Translations under genes and position numbers: made by a program | Shown here: positions 22,001 through 30,771 of the stretch, piece after piece | How positions within the stretch are numbered: position 1 is the first letter of the stretch | How the letters are laid out: each line of letters begins with the position of its first letter | Source of the DNA: a virus | Virus record (IMG/VR): IMGVR_UViG_3300042398_000969 | Span: 64,001-128,000 of that record | Strand: one strand, 5' to 3' | DNA length: 64,000 nucleotides | The notes under the pieces: model-generated | What the model was told of the DNA's origin: nothing | What the model saw: the letters and a program-made list of their open reading frames with translations, nothing else | Database searches by the model: none

Positions 22001-22388
22001 TCCCTGATGGGACATTTGTAATTCCTGTATATGATATTTGTGAAGATCCAGAAACAATACCTGAAGGTATTCCTGTTAATCCACTATAAATAATTTGTGA
22101 AGATCCAGAAATTAATGTAGGCACATTAGTTAAATTATTGAAATTAAGTGAACCTGTTAATGAACTTGCATTAACTTTTCCGTTAACCAATACCGAACCA
22201 GTAAATTCGTGTGTGTCGTCTGATGTGTCACCAAATTTTGTGGAACCAGATTCGTATAGAATTGATGTACTAACGATCGATACATTGTATTGATCTGCGG
22301 TTAATGTACCGCGTACAGTTAGATTTTGTTCGATGTCAGCTGAACCGGATATAATAATCCCGTTCTTGACCTTAAATTCATTTGCCAT
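19083..22388 (-). CDS. Tail fibre protein with C-terminal intramolecular chaperone (Peptidase S74 type)
   Basis: TSDKKLK cleavage motif, GMLADEV...PEL...LDY...LLVEGIKEL; two W.I.HN repeats; internal duplication of IVSGSEQLTGSYDTRYVLSGSITQTTWDNIANKP. Confidence 0.8.
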   Translation of the reverse strand: MANEFKVKNGIIISGSADIEQNLTVRGTLTADQYNVSIVSTSILYESGSTKFGDTSDDTHEFTGSVLVNGKVNASSLTGSLNFNNLTNVPTLISGSSQIIYSGLTGIPSGIVSGSSQISYTGITNVPSGIVSGSEQLTGSYDTRYVLSGSITQTTWDNIANKPSGLISGSIQVDLTGTTGYSTFSSSVATTTSGLSSSIGSLSSSVASIDNTQNGRLDSLETTSGSIRSDFNTFTSSYTTVSGSIDNRLDVLEAYSGSQLVPSSSMSFRTLQTDVYCKNMSGAQINKGTVVRIVGSVGDNPLIGVASLLTEGQSANTLGIATENIPNDGFGLVITEGVLLGVNTNGMTAGQLLFLGVNGTFTTTPPTAPNHGVRLGEVLRVQQNNGSIYVRIDNGSELGEAHDFVDTTTNSSYGDLLVKSGSVWVNSRSLNGNYAVTGSLTITQNLTVLGSSSLVYVTSSNLAVSASFISVNVFEPAERFGGLKVYDSGSSNATASLAWDSLHNHWVYQNASGSSYSGGMLLSGPRNSGSLGDEPNLINGRIVKSVGGDHIDVSIISETGTTITVAGDLVANSITGAFDFLGLVNRPTLVSGSSQIDITGTTGYSTFSSSVSSSIGLLSSSIATTDFNQDGRLVNLETSTGSLNSFTSSINTTIKSKLDSDGVISGSIQVIYSGLTGIPSGIVSGSSQIIYSGLTGIPNNIVSGSEQLTGSYDTRYVLSGSITQTTWDNIANKPNDIVSSSTQIGAFGFLQTSSFNTYTSSNDGRVSSLESKTGSYATTGSNAFVGNENINGNLSVTGSVVISGSLDISSANVGSSRYLFTQTTGSTTWNITHNLNYNYPNVTIYDGSNNKVMLPADVISINANTTQVTFATPEYGYALVSVGGISTSTADRYLHTQTSATGSWVIDHNIGYKYVTINVYDGADEQLIPQKITAVSVNRTQIDFATPTSGNATITVGGPRTTSLFVQTGSYYNTSYNIGITGSLVVTGDVDANTFNTTSDKKLKTDLIRIEGALDKIEKLNGYTFNWLEEYSDDRTKQIGMLADEVYEVQPELISKRTMLLGGKEEEIKLLDYAKVNALLVEGIKELTKRVTKLENKNKKK

Positions 22389-22393
22389 ATTTA

Positions 22394-22415
22394 ATTAGTT
22401 TCACTCTCCACTAAT
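22394..22415 (-). promoter_or_regulatory. 5' leader hairpin
   Basis: Sense ATTAGT-GGAGAGTGAA-ACTAAT, 5 nt before ATG. Confidence 0.45.
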
Positions 22416-22439
22416 GTGTTACTAATAAATACTTTGTTT

Positions 22440-24407
22440 TTAACAAGCGTATGAATTAATTACGTAACCAGATGAATCAATTTGTAGTGTTGTCCCAAAG
22501 GTTAATCCAAAGTCTCCATAATATAAACTGTTACCGTTAAATGGTGTTGTCATTCCGCTATTTGTATAGAATCTTGTTACCGATGTCCACACATTACTAT
22601 TCCCATAAACAGAGACAGTAAATGGTCCACCTAATCCATCACAATAATTTGGCGCGGTAGTACCGGTTGCACTAATCATATAGTTTGTACTAGCTGGTGT
22701 TGCTGTTGGCGTTGCCGTTGGTGATGGTACCGATGTTGCTGTTGGTGTTGGTGTTGCCGTTGGTACAATAGTTGGTGTAGGTGTAGGGGTTCTTGTTGGA
22801 GTAGGAGCTGGTGTTGCTGTTGGTGTCACAATTCCATTACCTAAAGCTCTATATAACACCTCAACTAACCATGTACCTGAACTCACGGTTGCATTTAATC
22901 TACCTGTACCAGAAACATTAAAACCAACAGGGTTTGTGTTACCCAAATCCATTGTTGTAGTTTCATTGAATGTTGCATCAGTACCATTCCAAGCACTCAT
23001 TATACTACCGGCTCTCATGTTAGTACCATTCTTAACAACATAGTCAAAGAATGCACCATCAAAAGAACTTAAATTAAAAATTTCTGTGTTACTTGATATT
23101 GTAACAGCTGTTGAACAAATCTTAGCATTATTAAGTGTTAAGCAACCATTGATTGTTTGACTACCAACAAATGTGTTAGACCCTGTGGTTGCATAACCTA
23201 AATTGGAAATCTGTGAACTACCAGTAATTAAACCTGATATTGACTGAGCCGATCCACTTAATATATGACCACCTCTAGATACACTAACATGACCACTAAC
23301 CGGCATGCTAAAATAAATTTTTATTTGATTTGCAGTTATAGATTCAATTCGATTAGGGAAAATTATATTTCTATTAGAATCCCAAACCGTTACATCTGGA
23401 TAATCTGTTCCTAAATTATGATTAACGGTCCACAAATTTGAATTTATAAATTCTTGTGTAGTTCCATTACCACCACCAAGAGAAGCAATAACAATACCTG
23501 TTTGTGGGCTTGGAAATATGATTTCAGCGAGATCTTCATCAATCGCTCTTATTTGACTTGGAATAACAACAAGACCGTTACTATCAAAAACTTGAAATAT
23601 TGGATATTGTTGTCCGGAATTATGAGCAAAACTCCATGTTGAGGCCGCACTTGTAACTTCTAAAGAACTATATGAACCTATTGCTGAACCACCTCCTCCA
23701 CCAGCGCCGGCATTTAACGCAAATGCTGCGGTAACAGCATATGATGCACTTAAGACCGTCATTGAACCAGTTTGTGATGTTAAAACAACACTTGAAGTAA
23801 AATTATTTAAAGTATTAATGGAACCGGTAATGGTGTCCATTCTGGTATTTAATGATGATGATAGGTTTGTAGTACTAATTTTTAGCTCTTTAACATAACC
23901 ATTACTATTTGTATCTGTAATTGACGTTGTAATCTCAATACCACCTAATGGTATAATTTCAAAAGCATCAGATCCAGTAGCACTTAATATTGGTGAACCA
24001 GAAACAAAAATATCTTTAAAATGTGAACCTATTGAAATAAATGCAGTTCCAGGAGTGTTTTCATTAACGTTTAATCCTGTACTATCGTCAAATTGTAATT
24101 TTGTGAATGTTTTGTTATATGTGTTACCACTAATATCCGAACCTGATATGTGAAATGGTACGTTTGTTAAACCAAGTGCACTACCACTAAATGCGGATGC
24201 TGTAATCGAACCTACTAATTGTAAAGACCCCGTATTAACCGTGTTTGTTGAGATTAATTCCTCAACTGATGGTCCGAGAGAACCTGATTTAGCCATATAA
24301 ACCTTACCATCGGTAGTGTTTAAAGCTAATTCACCTAATTGTAAATTTGAGTTAGTGGGTTTTTGACCGGATACACTACTCCTACGCAGTTTTACTATTT
24401 GTGCCAT
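22440..24407 (-). CDS. Tail fibre/connector protein (Mtd_N-like start, PT linker, C-terminal tip domain)
   Basis: MAQIVKLRRS...LQLGELALNTTDG; two W..HN repeats; PT linker; PFNG..LYY...QIDSSG end. Confidence 0.7.
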   Translation of the reverse strand: MAQIVKLRRSSVSGQKPTNSNLQLGELALNTTDGKVYMAKSGSLGPSVEELISTNTVNTGSLQLVGSITASAFSGSALGLTNVPFHISGSDISGNTYNKTFTKLQFDDSTGLNVNENTPGTAFISIGSHFKDIFVSGSPILSATGSDAFEIIPLGGIEITTSITDTNSNGYVKELKISTTNLSSSLNTRMDTITGSINTLNNFTSSVVLTSQTGSMTVLSASYAVTAAFALNAGAGGGGGSAIGSYSSLEVTSAASTWSFAHNSGQQYPIFQVFDSNGLVVIPSQIRAIDEDLAEIIFPSPQTGIVIASLGGGNGTTQEFINSNLWTVNHNLGTDYPDVTVWDSNRNIIFPNRIESITANQIKIYFSMPVSGHVSVSRGGHILSGSAQSISGLITGSSQISNLGYATTGSNTFVGSQTINGCLTLNNAKICSTAVTISSNTEIFNLSSFDGAFFDYVVKNGTNMRAGSIMSAWNGTDATFNETTTMDLGNTNPVGFNVSGTGRLNATVSSGTWLVEVLYRALGNGIVTPTATPAPTPTRTPTPTPTIVPTATPTPTATSVPSPTATPTATPASTNYMISATGTTAPNYCDGLGGPFTVSVYGNSNVWTSVTRFYTNSGMTTPFNGNSLYYGDFGLTFGTTLQIDSSGYVINSYAC

Positions 24408-24431
24408 ATATATGGTTCTCTCCTATGATTT

Positions 24432-24474
24432 GTGGTATATACCACGGTTAATTTAGACCTATATAGATCTTAAC
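24432..24474 (-). promoter_or_regulatory. Tandem leader palindromes centred on TATATA
   Basis: GTGG-TATATA-CCAC (24432-24445) and AGATC-TATATA-GGTCT (24455-24470). Confidence 0.5.
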
Positions 24475-24499
24475 TATAAATACACAAAAATTTAGATTA

Positions 24500-24535
24500 A
24501 ATAAATAAAAAAGGGAGGTTTTTTGGACCTCCCTT
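24500..24535 (-). terminator. Intrinsic terminator
   Basis: 9-bp stem aagggaggt/acctccctt followed by U-rich tract on minus strand. Confidence 0.75.
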
Positions 24536-24557
24536 ATTATTTTATATTGAACTACGT

Positions 24558-27062
24558 TTAGTAAGTTCCGCCATCGATGACTGTTGAGAAAACTAAGCCA
24601 CCGTTTGAATTTTTATAACCTAAGATTCCATCAAGCACATCTTCAGTTTCTGTTGTTGAAACAAAACCAACAAGATTGTTTGAGTTTCTGAACATAATTG
24701 CAGATGTGTTAGAATTTGTATCGGTTCCACCAGAGTATGATAATGTGAAATTACCACTTACTAAAGTATCACCGTTATCAGAATTAATTGTGAATTTATT
24801 TGTATTAAGTGCTAATGTTGTTCCACTATAAGTTAATAAACTATCACCAATTGTATTGTTTGATGTTGCAATAGGGAATGTTCCAGAAGTTAAACTATTT
24901 TCAGAACCATATGTTCCAGCAGTTGTACCAATAATTTTACTTGACTGACCGCTTGAAGAAACAAACATCCAATAATCGCGTAATGAATCCCAAAGTAATG
25001 AACCAGATGCTCCACCAGATCCTGAATCATATGCTGCTAATCCAGCATATTGTTGGAATGGAGAGTATGCATTAACTAATATAATGTTGTCACCAATTTC
25101 AACTGTGCTTGATTGTAAGCTTACGTTTGTTGCTGTACCTAAAACTTCTAAGTTACCAGAAACATATAAGTTAGCTCCTAATTGTGTGTTACCAGTTACT
25201 GTTAGTACACCATTTACTGTTAAATCTCCATTACTTGTAAAGCCATTAGCTGTTAATGAACCTGAAGTTCTGATATCACCATCAGCGTTGTCAACTTCAA
25301 ACTGACCACCACCGATTTGTAAAACTGTACCGTTATATGTTAATCCACTGTAATCAACTAATGCGCCGCCAGCACCAACACCAACAATTCTATTTTGTGT
25401 TAAGTCTTCAACAACTGAAGAAGAAACCGTTGCAACACCATCAACATTAATTGTTGATGAGAATTGAGCCGATCCGCTAACCCCTAATGATCCTGTAACA
25501 TCTAATGAACCAGTTACTGTTGTACCGCTTTTAACTATTAATGAGCCTGTTAATGTTGTATCACCTTTAACATCTAAAGGACCAGCTACGTTTGCTGAAC
25601 CACTAAGATTAAATGAACCAGTTACGGTCGCACCACCCTTAACCAATAATGAACCTGACATTCTTGTGTCACCACTCATGATGTCAACCTCGAATGCCCC
25701 AGCTCTTAATGTAACTTCATCATATGTCAAATATTGGCTATCACCAACTAATCCGTTAGGGCCAGCTACTAAAACTCTATTGTCTGTTAATTGATCATTA
25801 TATATTGAACCAGTTACTTGTAATGAAGAACTAATAATTACACCGTTTACACCAACAAGTGTTGCTGTTTGTGCATAATTATCTATTTTTAAATAATTTG
25901 TATCATCACCGAAGAAATTTAAATCTGCATTACCCACAAGATGAATATCTGTATAACCTGAAGGTCCTGCACTATTATAAATTTCAAATAATCTAGAGTC
26001 ATTTAAATCGGGTTTCAAATATAATGAACCAGTACCTTGAATGTTTGTTACTTCAAGAGCACCAGATAAATTTAAATTACCATTATCAAAAGTTAAACCA
26101 CTATAATTTGTTAATAAACCATTGGTACCAGCAACTACTAATCTTTTTTCTGTTAATGCATCATTATAAATTGAACCAGAAACAACCACGTTGTCTCCGC
26201 CACCTTGACCTAAGAAAGATGAACCACTAACAACCAAATCTTGGAATACTGTGATACCGCTCAAACTAATTGTTCCTGCGTTTAATGTTCCAACATTTGC
26301 TGTTCCAGAAACATGTAAATCTCTCCACGCTTGGCTTGGAGCACCTAAATCAAAAGCATTATTAACTTCAGGTAAAATTGATGAACTAACTTCACCTTGG
26401 AAAACAACCAAATCACTTGTTTGATTACCAATGAATATATTTCCACCTAATGTTACATTACCTGTTAAATCAATAGAACCAGTTTGAATGATATTACCAC
26501 TAATATATAAATCACCGTCTAATCTTGTTGTTCCGGTAACATTTAATGTTCCACCAGTTAATGTACCAACATATGCATTGCTACTTGTTAATGCAGTAAT
26601 ATTACTATTTGTACTAGTAAACGTTACACCAGTTAAATTTAAAAATTTACCGTTACTACCACTGATTGAACCAGTAATTGATGTTATATCAGCGTTACTA
26701 CCAGTTAAAGAGTTAATTGTAACCCCAGAAATGGTGTTACCCTCGATGTTACCAGTAAGGTCTATTTTTGAGTTACCTGCTTGACTAAGAATATAGAGAG
26801 ATTTATTACCAGAAGCATAGAATGGTGTACCATCAAGTACTGAACCATATGAACCAACTGTAATAGTTGGTGCCGCCGCTCCTTGGTAAATCTTAGAAAC
26901 TGGTCTATATGCACCAGCCACACCTTCTGTTTCACCAACAAAAAGGAACGGTCCATTTAGATTTCCTATCGATCCAGTTGCAACAACAAGTTCACTGATT
27001 CTGGCTGTAACATCCTTTAATTGGGTTATACTACCTCTTCTCTGTTTAATTATTTGTGCCAT
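24558..27062 (-). CDS. Tail fibre protein (Mtd_N-like start, DGGTY end)
   Basis: MAQIIKQRRGS; three LT..R.V.AG..G repeats; C-terminal IDGGTY. Confidence 0.7.
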   Translation of the reverse strand: MAQIIKQRRGSITQLKDVTARISELVVATGSIGNLNGPFLFVGETEGVAGAYRPVSKIYQGAAAPTITVGSYGSVLDGTPFYASGNKSLYILSQAGNSKIDLTGNIEGNTISGVTINSLTGSNADITSITGSISGSNGKFLNLTGVTFTSTNSNITALTSSNAYVGTLTGGTLNVTGTTRLDGDLYISGNIIQTGSIDLTGNVTLGGNIFIGNQTSDLVVFQGEVSSSILPEVNNAFDLGAPSQAWRDLHVSGTANVGTLNAGTISLSGITVFQDLVVSGSSFLGQGGGDNVVVSGSIYNDALTEKRLVVAGTNGLLTNYSGLTFDNGNLNLSGALEVTNIQGTGSLYLKPDLNDSRLFEIYNSAGPSGYTDIHLVGNADLNFFGDDTNYLKIDNYAQTATLVGVNGVIISSSLQVTGSIYNDQLTDNRVLVAGPNGLVGDSQYLTYDEVTLRAGAFEVDIMSGDTRMSGSLLVKGGATVTGSFNLSGSANVAGPLDVKGDTTLTGSLIVKSGTTVTGSLDVTGSLGVSGSAQFSSTINVDGVATVSSSVVEDLTQNRIVGVGAGGALVDYSGLTYNGTVLQIGGGQFEVDNADGDIRTSGSLTANGFTSNGDLTVNGVLTVTGNTQLGANLYVSGNLEVLGTATNVSLQSSTVEIGDNIILVNAYSPFQQYAGLAAYDSGSGGASGSLLWDSLRDYWMFVSSSGQSSKIIGTTAGTYGSENSLTSGTFPIATSNNTIGDSLLTYSGTTLALNTNKFTINSDNGDTLVSGNFTLSYSGGTDTNSNTSAIMFRNSNNLVGFVSTTETEDVLDGILGYKNSNGGLVFSTVIDGGTY

Positions 27063-27087
27063 CTTACGTGTTTAATTGTTTTATTTA

Positions 27088-27095
27088 TATAAATA
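27088..27095 (-). promoter_or_regulatory. Putative late promoter TATTTATA
   Basis: Upstream of 24558..27062. Confidence 0.6.
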
Positions 27096-27107
27096 CTTTA
27101 TTTTTAA

Positions 27108-27899
27108 TTAGAAAAATCCATCTCCACAATCAAGAACACTAATTTGTGCTCTATCTGATAATGCTCCAAGATTCTCTATTTTCAATTGTGCTCTAACCAA
27201 TTGTGCACCTATCTCATTTTTAACTATGTTCATTGCACCAGACACAATAAGGGTATCAAGATTCGGATCATTTGGTTGTCTCAATGTTGTTGTACCGTCC
27301 ACAATTAAATCACCTTTAATTCTCATTGAACCAGTAACTTGTAAATCGTGAGTTGTTGCATAAAATGAACCAGTTTGTCTAAATATACCAACATTATTGA
27401 TTAATGTTGCTACCGAACTTGAGTATTGCTGTAAATCTGGTTGTAGAACAATTATTGATTCGTTTCCTAAAGGTCCACCAATCCATCTATCATTTGTACT
27501 ATCCCATAAAAGTGATCCAGATATAGTATTTGGGCTGGTAACATCTTTTACCATTAAACCACCATAAGCGGCTTCACTACCATTTAACTCAATTACATTG
27601 TCACCAATAGACACAGTAGTTGAATTAACAGCTGTTGTTGTTCCTTTTACTAATAAATTCCCTTTAACTGTTAAATTGGACCCTGTTGTTTCTATTGCTG
27701 CTTTTAACGATGCGCTATAGAGATTTAATTGAGCAGTACCTGAGTTCTCAATATATTGTTGAAGGGTTTGTCCAGAAATAAACAAGTTATCGGCATATAC
27801 CGAATGTAAAGCCCCAGAAACCGCACCTAAATCTATTACCGATCCGGATGGGACTGTTGCTGTGTCAATCTGTAACCAATTAATTTGTTGTAATGCCAT
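27108..27899 (-). CDS. Proximal tail fibre/connector protein
   Basis: GNLLVKGTTT.VNST.V.IGDN.I.LN and SGSLLWD motifs shared with other fibres; ends DCGDGFF. Confidence 0.65.
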   Translation of the reverse strand: MALQQINWLQIDTATVPSGSVIDLGAVSGALHSVYADNLFISGQTLQQYIENSGTAQLNLYSASLKAAIETTGSNLTVKGNLLVKGTTTAVNSTTVSIGDNVIELNGSEAAYGGLMVKDVTSPNTISGSLLWDSTNDRWIGGPLGNESIIVLQPDLQQYSSSVATLINNVGIFRQTGSFYATTHDLQVTGSMRIKGDLIVDGTTTLRQPNDPNLDTLIVSGAMNIVKNEIGAQLVRAQLKIENLGALSDRAQISVLDCGDGFF

Positions 27900-27948
27900 G
27901 TAAAAAGTAAAGTCTTTTACATAAATACTTTTATTATAGTTCTTGGCA

Positions 27949-27987
27949 TAAAAAAAGGGATTTTTTTTAAATCCCTTTTAGTTTTTT
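27949..27987 (-). terminator. Intrinsic terminator (possibly bidirectional)
   Basis: aaaagggattt/aaatccctttt inverted repeat at 27953-27979 with A/T tracts on both sides. Confidence 0.7.
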
Positions 27988-28260
27988 TTAAATATACTTT
28001 CTAATTTTCTCAATTGCTTCCTCTTTTGAGTTAAAATCTCTACCGGCAACAAAGATTGGCCCAGATTCTGTTTCCGGATTTTGTAAATAAACTGTTGGTA
28101 ACGCATCTTCTTTTGTAACCTCTGTTATCGCTTTGTACAAATCTCTAAATTTATTAATTTCAAATTCAGTATATTGTATACCTTGTTTTTTTAATTCCTC
28201 TTTTAGAGTTTTACAATGAGAACAACCATCTAATGTGAAAATATTGACAGTATAAGCCAT
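27988..28260 (-). CDS. Glutaredoxin (NrdH-like)
   Basis: CSHC active site, cis-Pro loop LPTV. Confidence 0.8.
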   Translation of the reverse strand: MAYTVNIFTLDGCSHCKTLKEELKKQGIQYTEFEINKFRDLYKAITEVTKEDALPTVYLQNPETESGPIFVAGRDFNSKEEAIEKIRKYI

Positions 28261-28261
28261 T

Positions 28262-28567
28262 TTATAAATCGTTTAAAATATCTTTATAGAAAGAGTCTGA
28301 GTTGGCACCAGTTGATCTGTTTATTAAATCCTCACCTTTATAAAAAATGATAGTTGGAACAGATCTAATACCAGCTTCAACCGCATGTGGCATATTTTCA
28401 TCCACATCTATTGAAACAAATTTTACATTAGGGTAATCGCTTTGTAATGCTGCTAATCTTGGCATAAGTGACTTACAAGGGCCACACCATTTAGCGAAAT
28501 AATCCACTAAAATTGCATCCCCATTTGATTGTAATTGTTTTAATTGTTCTGATGTAATGTTTTCCAT
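28262..28567 (-). CDS. trxA: Thioredoxin
   Basis: WCGPC, DVDEN, IRSVPT. Confidence 0.92.
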   Translation of the reverse strand: MENITSEQLKQLQSNGDAILVDYFAKWCGPCKSLMPRLAALQSDYPNVKFVSIDVDENMPHAVEAGIRSVPTIIFYKGEDLINRSTGANSDSFYKDILNDL

Positions 28568-28570
28568 ATT

Positions 28571-29638
28571 TTAAAATCCTATTTTTGATCCTTTATTTTT
28601 TGATGATTTATGAACTTCAACGTCTATATTATATATATCAGCAAGTACCATTCCTTCCTCTGAAACGTGATCTTTTTCTAAATGTTTTAATAAATTGTTG
28701 GTTTCGTCTATTGATAATTTTTCGAACTTATGTTCAGCAATTAATCTACCTTTTCTAAGTAAAGCTTGATCAATTTTTTCTTTTTTCATGTTGAAAGTAG
28801 CAATTACCTGAATATTAAGACAGTCACCAAGAATACCATCGGTTAGGTTTAATATATTAGAAACACCCGCTGGAGACCCGTTACCTTCTCTATCTGATAT
28901 CACTCTTTCAGCATCTTCGATTATTAGAATACTATTTCTGTGATCCATTAAGAATGGAATAAAACTAGGTTCAGATAACATCTCGGCCATTGATGGTGGA
29001 ATAAATAAAATAACTTTATCCTTAATTAATTTGGTTAGATACTTTATGTATGATGTTTTTCCTGTTCCCGGATCTCCGTGAAGTAGAATAATACCCTTAT
29101 CGTTTGGTTTATTTAATCTTTCAATAATAACATCATGAACTTTAGTAAATTCTTCACCATAATTTAATGTCAAGTCCATATCGGGAATCTGTAAATCATA
29201 TTCTTCTGTATCCATATGACCCATTTCACTTTTAACTAAATTAATATTAGCTTTTCTTTTTTGTCTCTCAAAAGTTTTAATTTCCTCTAAGTTTATTTGT
29301 TCACCCAATTCACCTGAAAGTAAATTATATAAAAACTCAAGACTAACTAAATCATTTTTACTTTCATTTCTTGTTGAAATGTCAATAAAAATATTTTTAT
29401 CTTGATTGATAAGTACTGTTTCCCATGAGCTTTCGCTTCTTCTAGAAGATGCTACTCTAACTACCTCAACAAATCCCGTTTGTTTTAGATGATCTATGAT
29501 TTTAGGATCATACATTGTTTTATTAGTAAATTTTGATGGTACAGCATCAAAGTGTGTTAAATACAATTGTTCACATGGTATATCATTACCATATGATGTT
29601 TCGTAAACAACAAAATTATGTGGGAGTTTCATCTTCAT
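28571..29638 (-). CDS. AAA+ ATPase
   Basis: Walker A GDPGTGKT, Walker B LIIEDAE, SRH ATFN...DQALLRKGR. Confidence 0.88.
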   Translation of the reverse strand: MKMKLPHNFVVYETSYGNDIPCEQLYLTHFDAVPSKFTNKTMYDPKIIDHLKQTGFVEVVRVASSRRSESSWETVLINQDKNIFIDISTRNESKNDLVSLEFLYNLLSGELGEQINLEEIKTFERQKRKANINLVKSEMGHMDTEEYDLQIPDMDLTLNYGEEFTKVHDVIIERLNKPNDKGIILLHGDPGTGKTSYIKYLTKLIKDKVILFIPPSMAEMLSEPSFIPFLMDHRNSILIIEDAERVISDREGNGSPAGVSNILNLTDGILGDCLNIQVIATFNMKKEKIDQALLRKGRLIAEHKFEKLSIDETNNLLKHLEKDHVSEEGMVLADIYNIDVEVHKSSKNKGSKIGF

Positions 29639-29642
29639 GAAT

Positions 29643-29673
29643 CTAATATAACGGAAAAAAATTGATTTTCAAA
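29643..29673 (-). promoter_or_regulatory. Bacteroidota-type -33/-7 promoter
   Basis: Sense TTTG-N19-TATATTAG-ATTC-ATG. Confidence 0.65.
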
Positions 29674-29675
29674 AA

Positions 29676-29969
29676 TTAATTCATACAAATTCCTGGGTAG
29701 TCATCTAAAAATAAAAATAATTTATCATCACTATAGAAAACCCTCTGTTTGCTAATTGTTGTTGCTAAAGCAGCAACCCTTAATAACTCAAACTGTTCTT
29801 TGGTTAATTCTGGTTGTCCGTTTGTTTCAAAATTTTTTTCAGAAACGGTTGTTAATTGTCTGTAAAATTCATCAACATCAGATTCACCAATGAAATATTT
29901 GCTGGCTTCTTCGTTTGTTTTTAAAAAGCTTTTTACTTTTTGTAAATAAACTAAAATCTCAGTATCCAT
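29676..29969 (-). CDS. Hypothetical protein
   Basis: Packed ORF in operon. Confidence 0.65.
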   Translation of the reverse strand: MDTEILVYLQKVKSFLKTNEEASKYFIGESDVDEFYRQLTTVSEKNFETNGQPELTKEQFELLRVAALATTISKQRVFYSDDKLFLFLDDYPGICMN

Positions 29970-29970
29970 T

Positions 29971-30495
29971 TTAATATACTTTTGAAATTTGATCTAAATT
30001 AACTTCAACTGAGGTATCTCTACCAAACACCTTTACATTCAATTGAACCTTCTCGTTTTTTATTGAACCAATAACTCCATTAAAAGATGAAAAGGGACCT
30101 TCAGTGATAACTACGTTTTCCCCTGAAATAAATTTAATTGATTTACTTTCCTTGTGTTTTTCTAAACTATCATCCTTTAATATCTTTTCGATATCATCCT
30201 CTCTCATTCTTCTAGGTGTTTTATCACCTAACATTCCCATAATAGAAGGATTCGCAGCAACCGTTTTTAATTGATCATCAGTTAAGGTGTTTTCAGATTC
30301 AAAATAAAGATAACCATTGTATATGACCTTTTCTCTTAATGTTTTCTTCTTTCTAACTACAACAAATTCTTTCTCCAATGGACATACGAATCTATTAATA
30401 AACCCTATTTTACCCATTGTTATTTGCGTATTAAATTGCTCAGATAATTGTCTTTCCTTACCCGGCATAACCTTTATTACATACCATTTAGACAT
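29971..30495 (-). CDS. nusG: Transcription elongation/antitermination factor NusG
   Basis: NGN domain (WYVIKV.PGKE, GYLY) plus KOW (GE.V.I.EGPF..F.G, VKVFGR.T.VE). Confidence 0.9.
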   Translation of the reverse strand: MSKWYVIKVMPGKERQLSEQFNTQITMGKIGFINRFVCPLEKEFVVVRKKKTLREKVIYNGYLYFESENTLTDDQLKTVAANPSIMGMLGDKTPRRMREDDIEKILKDDSLEKHKESKSIKFISGENVVITEGPFSSFNGVIGSIKNEKVQLNVKVFGRDTSVEVNLDQISKVY

Positions 30496-30618
30496 AAAAA
30501 TAAATTTAAGTTGTTAATATTGATAAATATATACCAATTTTATTAACACTAATATATGGTTTTTTTGGTAAAATACAAAAATATTTGTTTTTTAAATTTA
30601 AATTATTTATATTATATC

Positions 30619-30771
30619 ATGGGCTGTAGTAAATGTAAAAATAAAAACGAAATTAAAGACGAATTTATGGCTAAGGCTAACTTCTTTGAGAAGGTTGGTA
30701 TTGCTATATTAGCCATTTTATTAATCCTATCTAGCTATGGGATATATTCCTTAATTCAAAAAGTAATATGA
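30619..30771 (+). CDS. Small CxxC + transmembrane protein
   Basis: MGCSKCK start and C-terminal hydrophobic helix; start set at ATG 30619, after TTTG-N20-TATATTAT. Confidence 0.55.
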   Translation: MGCSKCKNKNEIKDEFMAKANFFEKVGIAILAILLILSSYGIYSLIQKVI

